A DNA stretch of 64,000 nt from Centroscyllium fabricii. Lineage: Eukaryota. The stretch spans positions 141,236,001-141,300,000 of the forward strand of contig JBNRSN020000005.1 in NCBI GenBank assembly GCA_051313645.2. The letters run 5' to 3'. Positions 23,282-35,960 of this stretch are shown one piece after another (positions within the stretch are counted from its first letter, which is position 1; each line of letters starts with the position of its first letter). Both the position numbers and the translations under genes were made by a program. The notes beneath the pieces are model-generated. The model did not search any database. It was not told the DNA's origin and worked only from the letters and a program-made list of their open reading frames with translations.

Positions 23282-26200
23282 ATGGGGTCGTACTGGTGAG
23301 CCAAACTCCTACAAGACTCTCTCCCAATACACGACCCTTGTGCCAGGCCAGACTTCTTCTTCCCAGTGGATCCCAGATTCTCGCCACCTTTATTGACTCT
23401 GGAGCCGACGTTAACATTATTGATGAGGATCTTGTCACACAGCTGGAGATTGACCGGGTTCCACTGTTGCAGCCGGTTCCTGCCAACGCCCTCGACGGCC
23501 ACCTCCTGGGAACGGTGACACATCAGACCTCACCGGTTCACATGCTTATGTCTGGTAATCATTATGAAAGTATTCAGTTTCATATCCTGAAATCACCTCG
23601 GCTTCCTTTGATTCTGGGACACACTTGGCTTCGCCGCCACAACCCCCACATTGACTGGAACACGGGAACTATTCTGGGGTGGAGTTCCTCCTGTCACCAG
23701 GTCTGTCTGAAACAGGCTATCGTCTCCTGACAGCCATTAACACCTCTTCCCGCTCCAGATCTTTCGGTGGTCCCCACTGAATACCACGATTTTAGGGAGG
23801 TATTCAGCAAGGCTAGAGCCACGTCGCTGCCTCCACATCACCCCTATGACTGCGCCATTGATCTGCTGTCAGGGTCTTCCCACCCAAGGGACGCCTGTAT
23901 TCCTTGTCTGCACCTGAGAGGGAGGCCATGGAAACATACATCAGCGACTCTATGGTGGTGGGGATCATCCATTCCTCTTCATCACCTGCTGGGGCTGGAT
24001 TCTTTTTTGTTGGTAAGAAGGACGGGTTGCTGCGACCATGCATCGACTACAGGGGTCTGAATGACATCACGATAAAGAACTGGTATCCTCTTCCTCTCAT
24101 CTCTTCTGCCTTTGAGTTGCTACAGGGGTCGATCATCTTTACCAAGCTTGACCTTCGTAACGCCTATCACCTGGTCCGGATCCGAGAGGGCGATGAATGG
24201 AAGACAGCTTTCAACACTCCCTCTGGACATTATGAATACCTCGTAATGCCGTTCGGGTTAACCAATGCCCCGGCGGTATTCCAAGCCTTGGTGAATGACG
24301 TGTTAAGAGACATGCTGAACCGGTTTGTGTTCGTTTACATGGACGACATTTTGATTGTTTCTAAGTCTTGTGATGAGCATGTTCACCATGTCCAGACTGT
24401 CCTGCAACGGCTTCTCGAGAACTCGTTATTTGTGAAGGCGGAGAAGTGTGAGTTTCACATCACTACCGTATCTTTCTTGGGGTACATCATTGCGCAGGGG
24501 AGCGTGCAGATGGATCCAGAGAAGGTGTCAGCTGTCGTGTCTTGGCCTATTCCGGAGACACGTAAACAGTTACAGCGGTTCCTGGGGTTCGCTAACTTCT
24601 ATCGAAGGTTCATTCGCGGCTACAGCACGGTAGCGGCCCCGTTATCGGCCCTTACCTCCTCTAAGGTGCCGTTTCTGTGGTCTTCTGCAGCGGAGGAGGC
24701 TTTTCGAGGTCTCAGGTCCCGGTTCACCTCTGCTCCCATTCTCCAGGTGCCTGATCCGGATCAGCAGTTCGTGGTAGAGGTGGACGCATCAGATGTTGGA
24801 GTAGGGGCTATTCTGTCCCAACATTCTGCTTCCGACCAAACGCTACATCCCTGCGCCTATTTTTCTAAACGCCTGTCCTCGGCTGAGATGAATTATGACA
24901 TCGGGAACTGGGAGTTACTGGCGGTCAAGATGGCATTGGAGGAGTGGCGCCATTGGCTAGAGGGGACCAAGCTCCCGTTCCTAGTCTGGACAGACCATAA
25001 AAACCTTGAATACATTCACATGGCCAAGAGGCTAAATTCACGGCAGGCTAGGTGGTCCCTCTTCTTTACCCGTTTCAACTTCACCCTCTCCTACCAGCCT
25101 GGTTCTCGCAATGTGAAGCCTGATGCTCTGTCCCGCCAGTTCCAGAAGGAGGAGAGTTCCGCTCCTGGATCTGACCTCATCCTTCCAGCTCCATGTCTGA
25201 TTGCTGCCGTTACGTGGGAGATCGAGGACAGGGTGAGATCAGCCGTGGAAAATCAGGCTGGACCCAACGGTTGTCCTCCTGACCGTCTATTCGTTCCCAA
25301 GGACCTTCGACCTGATGTTCTCCAGTGGGCCCATGCTTCCAAGCTTTCCTGCCATCCAGGGGCTCAAAGGACCAAGGAGGTTATACTGCGGAGGTTCTGG
25401 TGGGATACTCTGGAAGAAGACACCTGGGAGTTTGTCAACACCTGCTCGGTCTGCAACCAACACAAGCCGTCTCATCGGGCTCCCGCTGGTCTTCTGCAAC
25501 CTCTGCCGGTGCCACATCGTCCTTGGTCCCACATATCCTTGGACTTTGTTACCGGTCTGCCTCCATCCAAGGGACTAACCACTATCCTGACAGTGGTGGA
25601 CCGATTCAGCAAGATGGCTCATTTCATACCTCTGCCTAAACTGCCCTCGGCGAAGGAGACGGCTGAACTTATGCTGCAACATGTTTTCCATCTTCATGGT
25701 CTTCCTGTCGACGTAGTCTCTGATCGGGGTCCACAGTTTATGTCAGTATTCTGGAGGGATTTCTGCAGTCTGATCGGGGCCACAGTCAGTCTGTCTTCGG
25801 GTTTTCATCCGCAGTCCAACAGGCAGTCTGAACGCATGAATCAGGAGATGGAGAAGGCTCTACGATGTATGGTCTCCCAGAATCTCTCTTCCTGGTCCCA
25901 GTTACTCCTGTGGGTAGAGTACGCCCACAACACCCTGACCAGTTCTGCCACCGGACTCTCCCCGTTCCAGTGCGCCTATGGGTTCCAGCCCCCATTGTTT
26001 CCGGACATGGAGAGGGAGGTTTCCTGTCCGTCCATCCAGTCATTTATTCATCGTTGTCACCGGACATGGGACCAGGCACGGACTTTGTTGCTTCGCTCGG
26101 CGGACCGCTACTCTGCTGCTGCCAACCGTCATCGCTCGGAGGCTCCTAACTATCAGGCTGGTCAGAAGGTGTGGCTCTCCACTAAGGACCTGCCCCTCCA

Positions 26201-26732
26201 GGTGGAGTCTACGAAGCTAGCTCCCAGGTTTATCGGTCCCTTCGAGATCCAGAATGTCATCAACCCAGCGGCAGTGAGACTCAAGCTTCCTCGATCCATG
26301 CGGGTTCATCCCACTTTTCATGTGTCGTGGGACAAACCAGCACGAGAGAGTACATTGGTGCCTGTTGCCACGCCACCTCCGCCTCCTCGTATGCTCGACG
26401 GGGGGTTGGTCTACACTGTTCATTGCCTACTTCGCTCCCGTCGCCGAGGGAGAGGACTTCAGTACCTGGTGGACTGGGAGGGGTATGGTCCAGAGGAGAG
26501 GTCCTGGGTTCCTGCTCGTCACATTGCTGATCCGCAGCTTATGGCCGACTTCCACAGAAGGCATCCCGACCAGCCGAGTAGGAGGACTGCACCCCCTGGG
26601 GAGTCTGGGCAAGGGCCCAGTTCCGTGCATTCTCTTGAAACCCTGGACGAGGAGGTGCAATCCTCTGATGAGGAGAATTCCCTTCATTCTAGTGATGAAA
26701 TGGACGTGGATGAGGGTCCCGAGGAATATTAG
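23251..26732 (+). pseudogene. pol: Sushi-type pol (PR-RT-RH-IN-chromodomain) disabled by a stop at 23728-23730 and a frameshift near 23890
   Basis: IDSGA, YMDD, VEVDAS, integrase SLDFV/SDRG, chromodomain [15 protein letters not shown]. Confidence 0.9.
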
Positions 26733-27730
26733 ATCCTCCTCCGCACCACCTCCACCCACCCGAATCCGGCATTTGGTGTTTGGGACGTCGGGAGCCATCC
26801 CTTGAGGGGGGGTTCTGTCATAGGTTGGCTCTTCCCCTTTAACTCTTAGGTTGGCTCTTCCCCTTTAACTGGTTATCACCTCGTTAGCTCTACTGCCTGC
26901 ACCTGATTGAACAGCCCAGATTCACCAGTGATAATCAAGATCTGTATATAAGCTCCTACTTTCCACCTAGAGGTTGCCAGATCGTTTGTTCTTTCTGACT
27001 GTGATACCTGTGTGTAGTTCCAAGCTCTCTGATCCTGCCTGTTCGAGATACTGACCTGCTTTCTGGAATTTGGATTCTCTTCTGCCTGACCTCGTTTTGG
27101 ATTTGTCGCTCCCGTGGTATTGAACTGTTTCTGAATTTGGATTCTCTTCTGCCTGAACTCTGTTTTGGACTTGTTGCCTCCGTGAACTTTCTGCCGATAT
27201 TGACCTACTGTTTCCTATGTCTTCTACTGCTCAGAAATAAAGGAGTTTACTTCTACGTATGTTTTCGGTGTCTTGCATTTGGGCCCAACCTACAACCGTT
27301 ACAGAGGACTGGTTAATGGACAGAAAACAGAGAATAGGAATAAACAGGTAATTTTCGGGTTGGCAGGTTGTAACTAGTGGAGTGCCGCAAGGATCAGTGC
27401 GTGTGCCTCAGCTATTTACAATGTATAGCAATTATTTAGATGAGGGGATGAAGTGTAATAAATCCAAGTTTGCTGATGATACAAAGCTAGGTGAGAAAGG
27501 AAGCGGTGAGGAGGATGCAAATAGGCTGCAAATGGATAGAGACCAGTTAAGTGGGCAAGAAGGTGGCAGATAGAATATAATGTGGGGAAGTGTGAAATTA
27601 TCCACTTTGTTAGGAAGAATAGAAAAGCTGATTATTTTTTTTAAAAGTGAGACTCAGAAATGATATTCAGAGGGATTTCGGTGCTCGTACATGAATCACA
27701 AAAAGTTAACATACAAGTAGAGCAAGAAAT

Positions 27731-30298
27731 TTGTGGTAGGACCAATTTCATCCATTCCAATCGAGGTCCCTCCTTTATGTCAGGTGAACATAAAAGCCAT
27801 CTCTCCTAATGAGGAATCGCAATAAGACGACACCACATCACCCAGTTGGCAATGGGCAGGTCTGGTTAAGAAGGCCCAACAGCGCCTGTACTTCCTAAGG
27901 TAGCAGAAGAAAGCCAGGCTGTCATCCGGCAGCCTCTCCAACTTCTACTGCTGCACAATCGAAAGCATACTGACAAGCTGCATCACAGTCTGGTATGGAA
28001 ATTGCACCATCTTGGACCGGAAGACCCTGCAGCGGGTAGTCAAAACTACCCAATGAATCACCAGTACCCAGCTACCGTCAATGGAAAGCATCTACCTCAA
28101 ACGCTGCCTACGGAGGTCTCTGAACATTATTAAAGACCCCACACACCCCAGCCACAGTCTGTTCGCCCCCCTGCCCTCCGGGAGACGCTACAGATCAATT
28201 CGGACCCGCATGACTAGATTTAAGAACAGCTTCTTCCCCAGGGCTGTCAGCCTCCTGAACTCTAAAAATAAACTCCGGTACCTGCACACCTGAGAAAGTA
28301 CTTTACTGTATGTAATTTGCATGTAATTTATTTGCACTACTCTCGGGAGCATTGAGTCTTCATCTCGTTGTATTGTACCAGTACTCTGCAATGACAATAA
28401 AACTTGAATTGAATTGAATTGAATTGAATTGAGCGATACAACGCCATCATCTGTAATGCTGTCCGCCTGGCACTGAGGTCATGCAACGTACCCGACCAGC
28501 AATGGGAAACTGTGCTCCCCGACGTATTATACTATATTAGGTCGCTCCTTTCTACGGCTATTAATGTCACACCTCATGAGTGACCCTTTAACTTTTGGCG
28601 TCGCTCCTCACATGGGACATCTCTACCATCATGGTTGGTGGCCCCAGTGCATGTGCTACTCCAGAGATTCATCCGATCAGCCAAGAATGACCCCCTCATG
28701 GATGAGCTGGAACTAACAGAGGTAAACCCCACGTATACACACGTGCGGTACCCTGATGGCCGGGAGTCCACCGTCTCGCTCAAGGATCTGGCTCCCTGCC
28801 CAACCGGTCACATGAGTCCAAATGAACAGAGATTCCGTAATGATAACACTCTACCCCCTTACGAAAATGACACCCAACCTGGGACATCGAGGGATCTGCT
28901 AGCTACGCTGCTGGATCAATTCAGGGAGTCAAGCACTCCCTGTGGGATGGCCACCCGAAACCAGGATGCCAGTCAGTCCCCAGCTATGACTCAGGATGAG
29001 GCCAGCTCACCGCCTGTGGGGACCCGCACCCGGAGTCCAGATATTCCCCGTCCTCCACCGGATGATCAAAACGACACAGACTCTACCGGCCCACCGGTAC
29101 GTGCCAAGCGACCCAGGGACCAGGACATGGAGGAGGGCAGAAAGCTTGGAGGGCTGGAAGAAGTTCCCCCACTAAGCTTTGTGTGGCTGCATTCACATGT
29201 CATTGGTATGTACCCAGGGCTGCCACCCAATTGTTGACATTTGGGTGCCAGTTGTTCTGCTGCTTTAGCCTATGGCTGTTGCCCATGAAGCAGTAATCCA
29301 GCAACAGATCAGCTCCCCCTCGGGAGAGAGTCGAGTCATATTCCAACTCCTGACCTGTCAGTCAGCGCTTAGTCTCCCTGTAAACATGCTGTTCCCAACT
29401 CAGACATGTTCCAGCCTTTTAATACTGGGAAAACTGAAAGCTGATGATCTAATCTCCACCTGTCGGCTTTCAGATCTGATCGCCACCTGCAGTGATTGGG
29501 AAAGATTAACAAACATCTTGATGTGCCTTAAATAGAGACTGAGACAGGTAGTTATAACTCAAACAGTTGCCTTTTAATAGCTTAGAACGGGACCGCACTG
29601 GAGCCACATGTTGCCTTACAGAAATGGCTTCTCAGACTGAGCAAGGAGGCGGAGCCAGGGGCGAGGTCACAGATCTGGACAATCAATGGCACAACAGAGT
29701 GAACACAGCATTCCTGGCCAACCAAGAAAACAGCAGGGTTGCAATAGATTACAATAGGTAACTGTACACAGGTAGAATGAGGTATACTTATAAGACTTAT
29801 TTCACCACACATCTGTATCAGCCCAGTAACCATTTAACATTTCTGAAAGATCAATATATTAGTTTGGATTGAGGACTGGTTAATGGACAGAAAACAGAGA
29901 GCAGGAATAAACAGGTCATATTCGGGTTGGCAGGTTGTAACTAGTGGAGTGCCGCAAGGATCAGTGCTTGTGCCTCAGCTATTTACAATCTATAGCAATT
30001 ATTTAGATGAGGGGATGAAGTGTAATAAATCCAAGTTTGCTGATTATACAAAGCTAGGTGAGAAAGGAAGTGGTGAGGAGGATGCAAATAGGCTGCAAAT
30101 GGATAGAGACCAGTTAAGTGGGCAAGAAGGTGGCAAATAGAATATAATGTGGGGAAGTGTGAAATTATCCACTTTGTTAGGAAGAATAGAAAAGCTGATT
30201 ATTTTTTTAAAAGGTGAGACTCAGAAATGATATTCAGAGGGATTTAGGTGCTCGTACATGAATCACAAAAAGTTAACATACAAGTAGAGCAAGAAATT
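27731..30298 (+). repeat. Copy 2 of the 2.57-kb tandem duplication (Gypsy integrase remnant, Rex1 fragment, unassigned DNA, CR1 fragment)
   Basis: ORF pairs 20553/28635, 21190/29272 and 21485/29567; carries both empty insertion sites. Confidence 0.93.
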
Positions 30299-30717
30299 AG
30301 GAAGGCAAATAGTATGTTGGCATTTATTACATTGGGGTTGCAGTATAAGAGTAAGGAAGTCTTGATGCAATTATATAAGGTTTTGGTGAGACCACACTTG
30401 GAGCACTGTGTACAGTTTTGGTCTCCTTACCTGAGGAAGGATATATTTGCCTTGAAGGGGATGCAATGAAGGTTCACTAGATTGATTCCTGGGATGAGAG
30501 TTCTGTCCCATGAAGAGAGATTGAGTAGATTGGGCCTATATTCTCTGAAGTGATCTCATTGAAATGTATACAATTCTTAGAGGGCTTGACAGGGTAGATG
30601 CTGAGAGGCTGTTTACCTTGACTACAGAGTCTTGCAGGGGTTGGCAATTTAGGACTGAGAGGAGCAGGATCCAGGGGCCGGGTTAGCTACTTCTGTTCCT
30701 ACTTCTTGTGTTCTTAA
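29855..30717 (+). mobile_element. Degenerate CR1 ORF2 3' part and tail
   Basis: VTSGVPQGSVL, LYKVLVRPHLEHCVQFWSP, ctacttcttgtgttctt tail. Confidence 0.85.
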
Positions 30718-31185
30718 ATTAGAAAGAAGTTTCTGAGCCGCACTCCCACTTCTGGGCTCTAATTCAGTGCCAACTCTGAGCTGTTGAATCAGCCAGCCTG
30801 AAGATTGCTGTGCAACAAAGCACTCACAGGCCAAGTACGGGACTTTAGTGGTTCTTGAACTGGACTGGAACCCTAGGGTACAAATCTGGCAATTTTAATG
30901 ATACGCTTAAATATATATTTAAACAAGAACAGGAAACAGCAGAGGGGAAAACTTCAAACACGTTGAGGCCTTCCGCGAGCGGTGGGCACCAGGGGACTGG
31001 AGTGCATTATCACCCCCGGAAACCAAATTTTAATTTAATGAGTTACTGTCTTTTGTTTATTGATCGAACCAAAATAGCGACACAGTGAGCGGCTATTTCA
31101 ATATAAACTGGGGCTGGAGAGTCTTTTGGAAATGTCCTTCCTGGTTGCAGTGAGGCAGCCTGTGAGTGGTGACAGATACTAAATC

Positions 31186-31316
31186 TAATTGGATATCGAA
31201 GGAAACCAATCAGAGTTCGACGAAAAATGTTTATGACATCTTTACAAACTGACCAATCACAATCATTGCCTTCACCCATCCTTCATTTGCATGCCGCTGT
31301 GGGGCTGTCTATTTAA
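31186..31316 (+). promoter_or_regulatory. H2B promoter: three CCAAT boxes, octamer ATTTGCAT (31285-31292), TATA-like TATTTAA (31310)
   Basis: Motifs seen directly; the octamer upstream of TATA is the established H2B subtype element. Confidence 0.85.
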
Positions 31317-31369
31317 TCCGAACCCAGAACCGATTCCAGTTATTTCTTTGTCTAAAATTAAGTTTGAAG

Positions 31370-31747
31370 ATGCCTGAAGAGAAGAAGAAACCAGTTCCTA
31401 AAAAGGGGGCCAAGAAAACCCTGAATAAAGCGCCAACAAAGAGCGGCAAGAAGCGGAGAAAGTCAAGGAAGGAGAGTTATTCCATCTACATCTACAAAGT
31501 GATGAAGCAGGTTCACCCCGACACCGGCATCTCCTCCAAGGCCATGAACATCATGAACTCCTTTGTGAACGATATTTTCGAGCGCATCGCGGGTGAGGCT
31601 TCCCGCCTGGTCCATTACAGCAAGCGGCACACCATCAGTTCCCGGGAGATCCAGACCGCCGTGCGCTTGCTGTTGCCCGGGGAGCTGGCCAAGCACGCCG
31701 TGTCTGAAGGGACAAAGGCGGTGACCAAATACACCAGCTCCAAATAA
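31370..31747 (+). CDS. H2B: Histone H2B, 125 aa
   Basis: [26 protein letters not shown]...[24 protein letters not shown]; intronless; followed by stem-loop. Confidence 0.97.
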   Translation: MPEEKKKPVPKKGAKKTLNKAPTKSGKKRRKSRKESYSIYIYKVMKQVHPDTGISSKAMNIMNSFVNDIFERIAGEASRLVHYSKRHTISSREIQTAVRLLLPGELAKHAVSEGTKAVTKYTSSK

Positions 31748-31780
31748 AACTCCACAACGGACCAACAAGACAAACACAAC

Positions 31781-31796
31781 GGCTCTTTTAAGAGCC
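31781..31796 (+). terminator. Histone 3' stem-loop (H2B)
   Basis: GGCTCTTTTAAGAGCC followed by ACCCA; weak purine-rich HDE (GAAAG) downstream. Confidence 0.95.
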
Positions 31797-31961
31797 ACCC
31801 ACAGTTTCTCTCGAAAGCTACACCTACGTCTCTGGAATGTTTTATTGTAGTTTTTTATATATTAAATGTCTTTCTGGAGTTTGGTTAATGTTTTGTTTTA
31901 ATCTGGTAGGCAGATTCTCATTAATGCAGTTTCCGGTAGGATTAACACTGAGCCTTTGTTC

Positions 31962-32372
31962 TCTGTTCTCAGCCCCGTTCATATTTCCCAGGATGTGATC
32001 AGTTACAGCGATTTAAGGGGAATAGGTCAGTTTTCAGGCGCTAGTTTCACTCTTCAGGAAGTGTTTATTCTCGGGGAATATCCGTTCATTCACCATAAAT
32101 TCTGGGTCGAGTAGCAACCCTTAATCTCACTACGATTAGTTGCACCAGGAGTCTCGGCTCCGGTTTAGCTCCCGCTGCAGCTTCTGTGAATGGAAATCAA
32201 TCCATAATCTGTGATGTTTGTTTAGAAAGATTTAGGTTGAACGTGTCTAGTTAAAAAATCTTCACTTTGGGTCTTTCGTCCCACCCGTTAGACATTTTGA
32301 AAGCGAGCAGAATGAACACGAATTTAGACCAGACTGAAACAGTCTGAAGTTTGTGACGGGAAACGCGGAACC
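31962..32372 (+). repeat. ~400-bp element upstream of H1; diverged inverted copy upstream of H2A (49283-49684)
   Basis: Shared blocks GATTTAAGGGGAATAG, CACCAGGAGTCTCGGCTCCGGTTTAGCTCC and TTGGGTCTTTCGTCCCAC in collinear order. Confidence 0.85.
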
Positions 32373-32560
32373 GAGACTAATTTTTTGACTGAAGGCCGGT
32401 TTTTGCAACATTGAAAGAGGTTTAAATTGAGACTGGAGCCTTGAATTCGGTTGAAAGTTTTTCGACAGCAAACACTCTGGTCTTAGAATCAGGAAGGACC
32501 TGGACTGGGATTCTGGAGTGCCGGATTTTCAATGGTATCGGAGAGTTTATGAGGAGAGAG

Positions 32561-32633
32561 AAACACAGAAATGCTGCAGGGACCGGGAGCGGACAGCAGG
32601 ATGTCTCCGCTCCGTCCGCTCGCTGCCTTTAAA
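32561..32633 (+). promoter_or_regulatory. H1 promoter: H1 box AAACACA and TATA-like TTTAAA
   Basis: AAACACA at 32561-32567, about 150 bp before the ATG; TTTAAA at 32628. Confidence 0.7.
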
Positions 32634-32711
32634 TTGCTCTGTGCCGCCAGCTCTCGATTCATTTCCCGCCCAGTTCTGACTGTCAGACAGATTTTCTACA
32701 GAGTTCCCGAC

Positions 32712-33275
32712 ATGAATGACACCGAAGCCGCCGAAACGGCTCCTCCTGCCGCCGCCGATCAAATTAAGACTCCCATGAAGCAGAAAACTGTTTCCCGGCC
32801 CAAGAAAGCCGGTCCCAAGTTGGGCGAGCAGATCGTCAAGATTGTGGCGGATTGCAGCGATCGTAAGGGGACGTCCATGGTGGCGATAAAGAAGGCTCTG
32901 GCTGACAGCGGCCTGGATGTGGAGCAGCTCCGGTCCCAGATCAGGGCGAGTATCAAGAGGAATGTGGAACATGGTATCTTGGTGCACACCACGGGCAAGG
33001 GCGCCTCCGGCTCTGTCAAAATGGCAAAGCAGCAAAGCCAGAGAAAAGAGGTCAAGGTGAAGAAAGCAGCGGCCAAGAAATCTCCAGCTAAGAAACCAGC
33101 AGCCAAGAAAACGGGCACCAAGAAGGCGCCAAATAAGAAAAAGGCCCCTGCGAAGAAGCCCCAAACCCCCAAGAGGGCCAGAATCGCAAAGGCGGCCAAG
33201 AGGGTGGAAAAATCGAAGGCCAAGCCCAAGTGGAAATCAGCAAAGGCTGCGAGAGCAGCGCCCAAAAAGAAGTAA
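32712..33275 (+). CDS. H1: Linker histone H1, divergent globular domain, 187 aa
   Basis: GPKLGEQI...IKKALA...DVE...GASGSVK winged-helix pattern; K/A/P-rich tail with SPAK and TPKR; stem-loop follows. Confidence 0.93.
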   Translation: MNDTEAAETAPPAAADQIKTPMKQKTVSRPKKAGPKLGEQIVKIVADCSDRKGTSMVAIKKALADSGLDVEQLRSQIRASIKRNVEHGILVHTTGKGASGSVKMAKQQSQRKEVKVKKAAAKKSPAKKPAAKKTGTKKAPNKKKAPAKKPQTPKRARIAKAAKRVEKSKAKPKWKSAKAARAAPKKK

Positions 33276-33311
33276 AATATCAAGAACAACTTGTAAACAT
33301 CTGAACCCAAC

Positions 33312-33327
33312 GGCTCTTCTCAGAGCC
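33312..33327 (+). terminator. Histone 3' stem-loop (H1)
   Basis: GGCTCTTCTCAGAGCC-ACCCA with HDE AGAAAAGAGCTG downstream. Confidence 0.95.
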
Positions 33328-33866
33328 ACCCACATCTCAGAAAAGAGCTGATCCCGGAATCAAATGATTCCTGTCCCTGCGCCGGGCTCACATTTCAGAT
33401 AGAAATCATTTCAAATAAACCCAGGATCCCTGGTGACTCGCTGACAGTCGCTCCCCCTCCTCCCCCTGTCTGCAATAAATCAGAGAATGGGATGTCCGGG
33501 CCGGGCCTCACTAACTGGGGATGTGTTCGGCTCCAGTCTCAGTTCATGGTCATTTTCATTTCACAGATTCAGGTTGAGTCTCAGTGAGACGGTAACTGGC
33601 GGAGAAACCCCACGTCACAACTCAAACCGCAGACATGAGATTGTCCAAATCAACTGGAATAAGGTGTTTGTAAACTGCTGAACCGGGCTGGGAAGGCAGG
33701 TGTGGGGAGATGGGATAGGGGCTGGCACTGAAATGGAAGGAGACGGCTCGACTTGTTACACAGGGACTGTACTTAGGCGGGAATATTACTGACTTTTAAT
33801 TGTAACAGGACCTTATTTAAAATCTCCGGGTTTCTGGAAATCCTTGAATATGAAGCCCGAGTCTGT

Positions 33867-34750
33867 AAGAACATAAGAACATAAGAAATAGGAGCAGGAG
33901 TAGGCCAATCGGCCCCTCGAGCCTGCTCCGCCATTCAACAAGATCATGGCTGATCTGATCCCAACCTCAATTTTATTTTAACTTTCCATCCCACCCAAAC
34001 ATATGTGATCACCCGGGAGAGGCGAAAAACCAGATAAAAAACCCAGTAGCCAATTTGGGATAAAAAATCTGGGAAATTCCTCTCCGACCCATCTAAGCGA
34101 TCGAAAACTAGTCCAGGAGATCACATGGCCGATCTGAACTTATCCTCATGTCCACTTGCCTGCCCGCTCACCATAACCCTTAATTCCCTTCTCTTCCAGG
34201 AAACTGTCTATCTCTGATTTAAATTTATTCAAAGTAGTAGCTTCCACAGCTCTCTGGGGCAGCAAATTCCACAGCCCCACCACCCTCTGGCTGAAGAAAT
34301 TCCTCCTCATCTCCGTCCTAAATGAGTCACCCCTTATCCTTAGACTATGACCCCTGGTTCTGGACTCTCCTACCATCGGGAACATTCTTCCTGCATCAAG
34401 TCTGCCCAGACCAGTTAGAATTTTATACGTTTCGATGAGATCCCCTCTCAATCTTCTAAACTCCAGAGAGTACAAACCCAGTCTACCCAGTCTCTCCCCA
34501 TACGTCAATCCTGCCATCCCAGGTATCAGCCTGGTGAATCTCCTCTGCACTCCCTCCATGGCAAGAACGTCCTTCCTTAGATAAGGAGACCAAAACTGCA
34601 CACAGTACTCAAGGCTTGGTCTCACCAAAGCCTTGTACAACTGCAGCAAGACCTCCCTATTCCTGTACTCAAAACCTCTCGCTATGAAGGCCAACATACC
34701 ATTTGCCTTCTTAACCGCCTGCTGCACCTGCAAGCTCACCTTTAGCGACC
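33867..34750 (-). mobile_element. 5'-truncated CR1 between H1 and H4
   Basis: ORF 34146-34793 gives CR1 C-terminus; (TTCTTATG)n tail; same 3' UTR insert as the 9.2-kb copy. Confidence 0.92.
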
Positions 34751-34906
34751 GATAAAATATAAAATATAAATTATAAAATACTTTAGTAAGCATTTGTGCG
34801 GAGCTGTGTTCTGGTTCTGTTGCCGATAAACGGTTTGAAATTGGCGGTTGTGAGAGAATTGGAGGTGGAGCTGGAAGATCAGAGGTCGCTCTCTGCTCTG
34901 TCTGTG

Positions 34907-35320
34907 ATTCAATTCAATTCAAATTGCTTTATTGGCATGACAAGATACATCCTATGTTGCCAAAGCACAGAAAAAGAACATATACAGTTTGACATACAAA
35001 TGCATAACCAGACGTATTGAATGGCTATGCAAACACATACATATATACCCGCATATAGATCTTGTATGCTCTTCCTAGCTTCAATGGTCATTGGTTGTCC
35101 GTCTGCTTATGGCAAGCTGTGATGTAGTTTGCCGCTAATTTTATACAGTCCCTCTCTTCCCCCAATAGATATGGGAGTTTTTGGTGGTCGTTCAAATTTT
35201 TGAATTCAGGGCATGTTGTTGCAAATTTTGGGAAGAAATTTCCCCTTATTCCCTGATAGTTTTCGCAAGTTGTGAGGAAGTGCAGCTCTGTCTCCACCAC
35301 TCCCTGACTGCAGTGGGAGC
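34907..35320 (-). mobile_element. 3' end of a non-LTR retrotransposon (L2/Crack-like, clade uncertain)
   Basis: C..C..VETELHFLTTC C-terminal Cys/His motif, AATAAA and (TTGAA)n tail. Confidence 0.7.
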
Positions 35321-35324
35321 ACAG

Positions 35325-35515
35325 CCTTTCCTCTCTCAGTCTGTCTCCTCCCCTCTCTGTCTGTCACTCTCAGTCTGTCTCCTCCCCTCTCTCTCTCTCA
35401 GTCTGTCTCCTCCCCTCTCTCTCTCTCTCTCTCTCTCCTCCCCTCCCTCTCTCTCTCTTTCTGTCACTCTCTGTCTGTCTCCTCCCCTGCCGTTTCCCTC
35501 ACTCTGACACTTTCT
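35325..35515. repeat. CT-rich simple repeat directly upstream of the H4 promoter
   Basis: (CT)n interspersed with CTGTCTCCTCCCCT units. Confidence 0.9.
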
Positions 35516-35518
35516 CAG

Positions 35519-35910
<392 letters not shown>

Positions 35911-35944
35911 ACCACTCGACCCTTTCCACTCCGCATAAAACAAA

Positions 35945-35960
35945 GGCTCTTTTAAGAGCC
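35945..35960 (+). terminator. Histone 3' stem-loop (H4)
   Basis: GGCTCTTTTAAGAGCC-ACCCA; HDE GAGAGAGC downstream. Confidence 0.95.

Larger units (their letters stand above)
21795..27303 (+). mobile_element. Chromovirus (Tf1/sushi-group Gypsy), full length; LTRs 21795-22295 and 26816-27303
   Basis: TG..CA LTRs with a 13-bp indel; duplicated target GAGGAC confirmed by the empty site at 29871-29876; PPT GAGGGGGGG before 26816; self-priming PBS. Confidence 0.96.
15131..27730 (+). repeat. Copy 1 of a ~2.57-kb tandem duplication, expanded by two later LTR insertions
   Basis: Removing 15685-20202 and 21795-27309 leaves a sequence collinear with 27731-30298. Confidence 0.93.

Noticed and set aside
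32547-33310. Antisense ORFs over H1 (and similar ones over H2B, H4, H3 and H2A)
   Set aside because: Shadow ORFs produced by histone codon bias.
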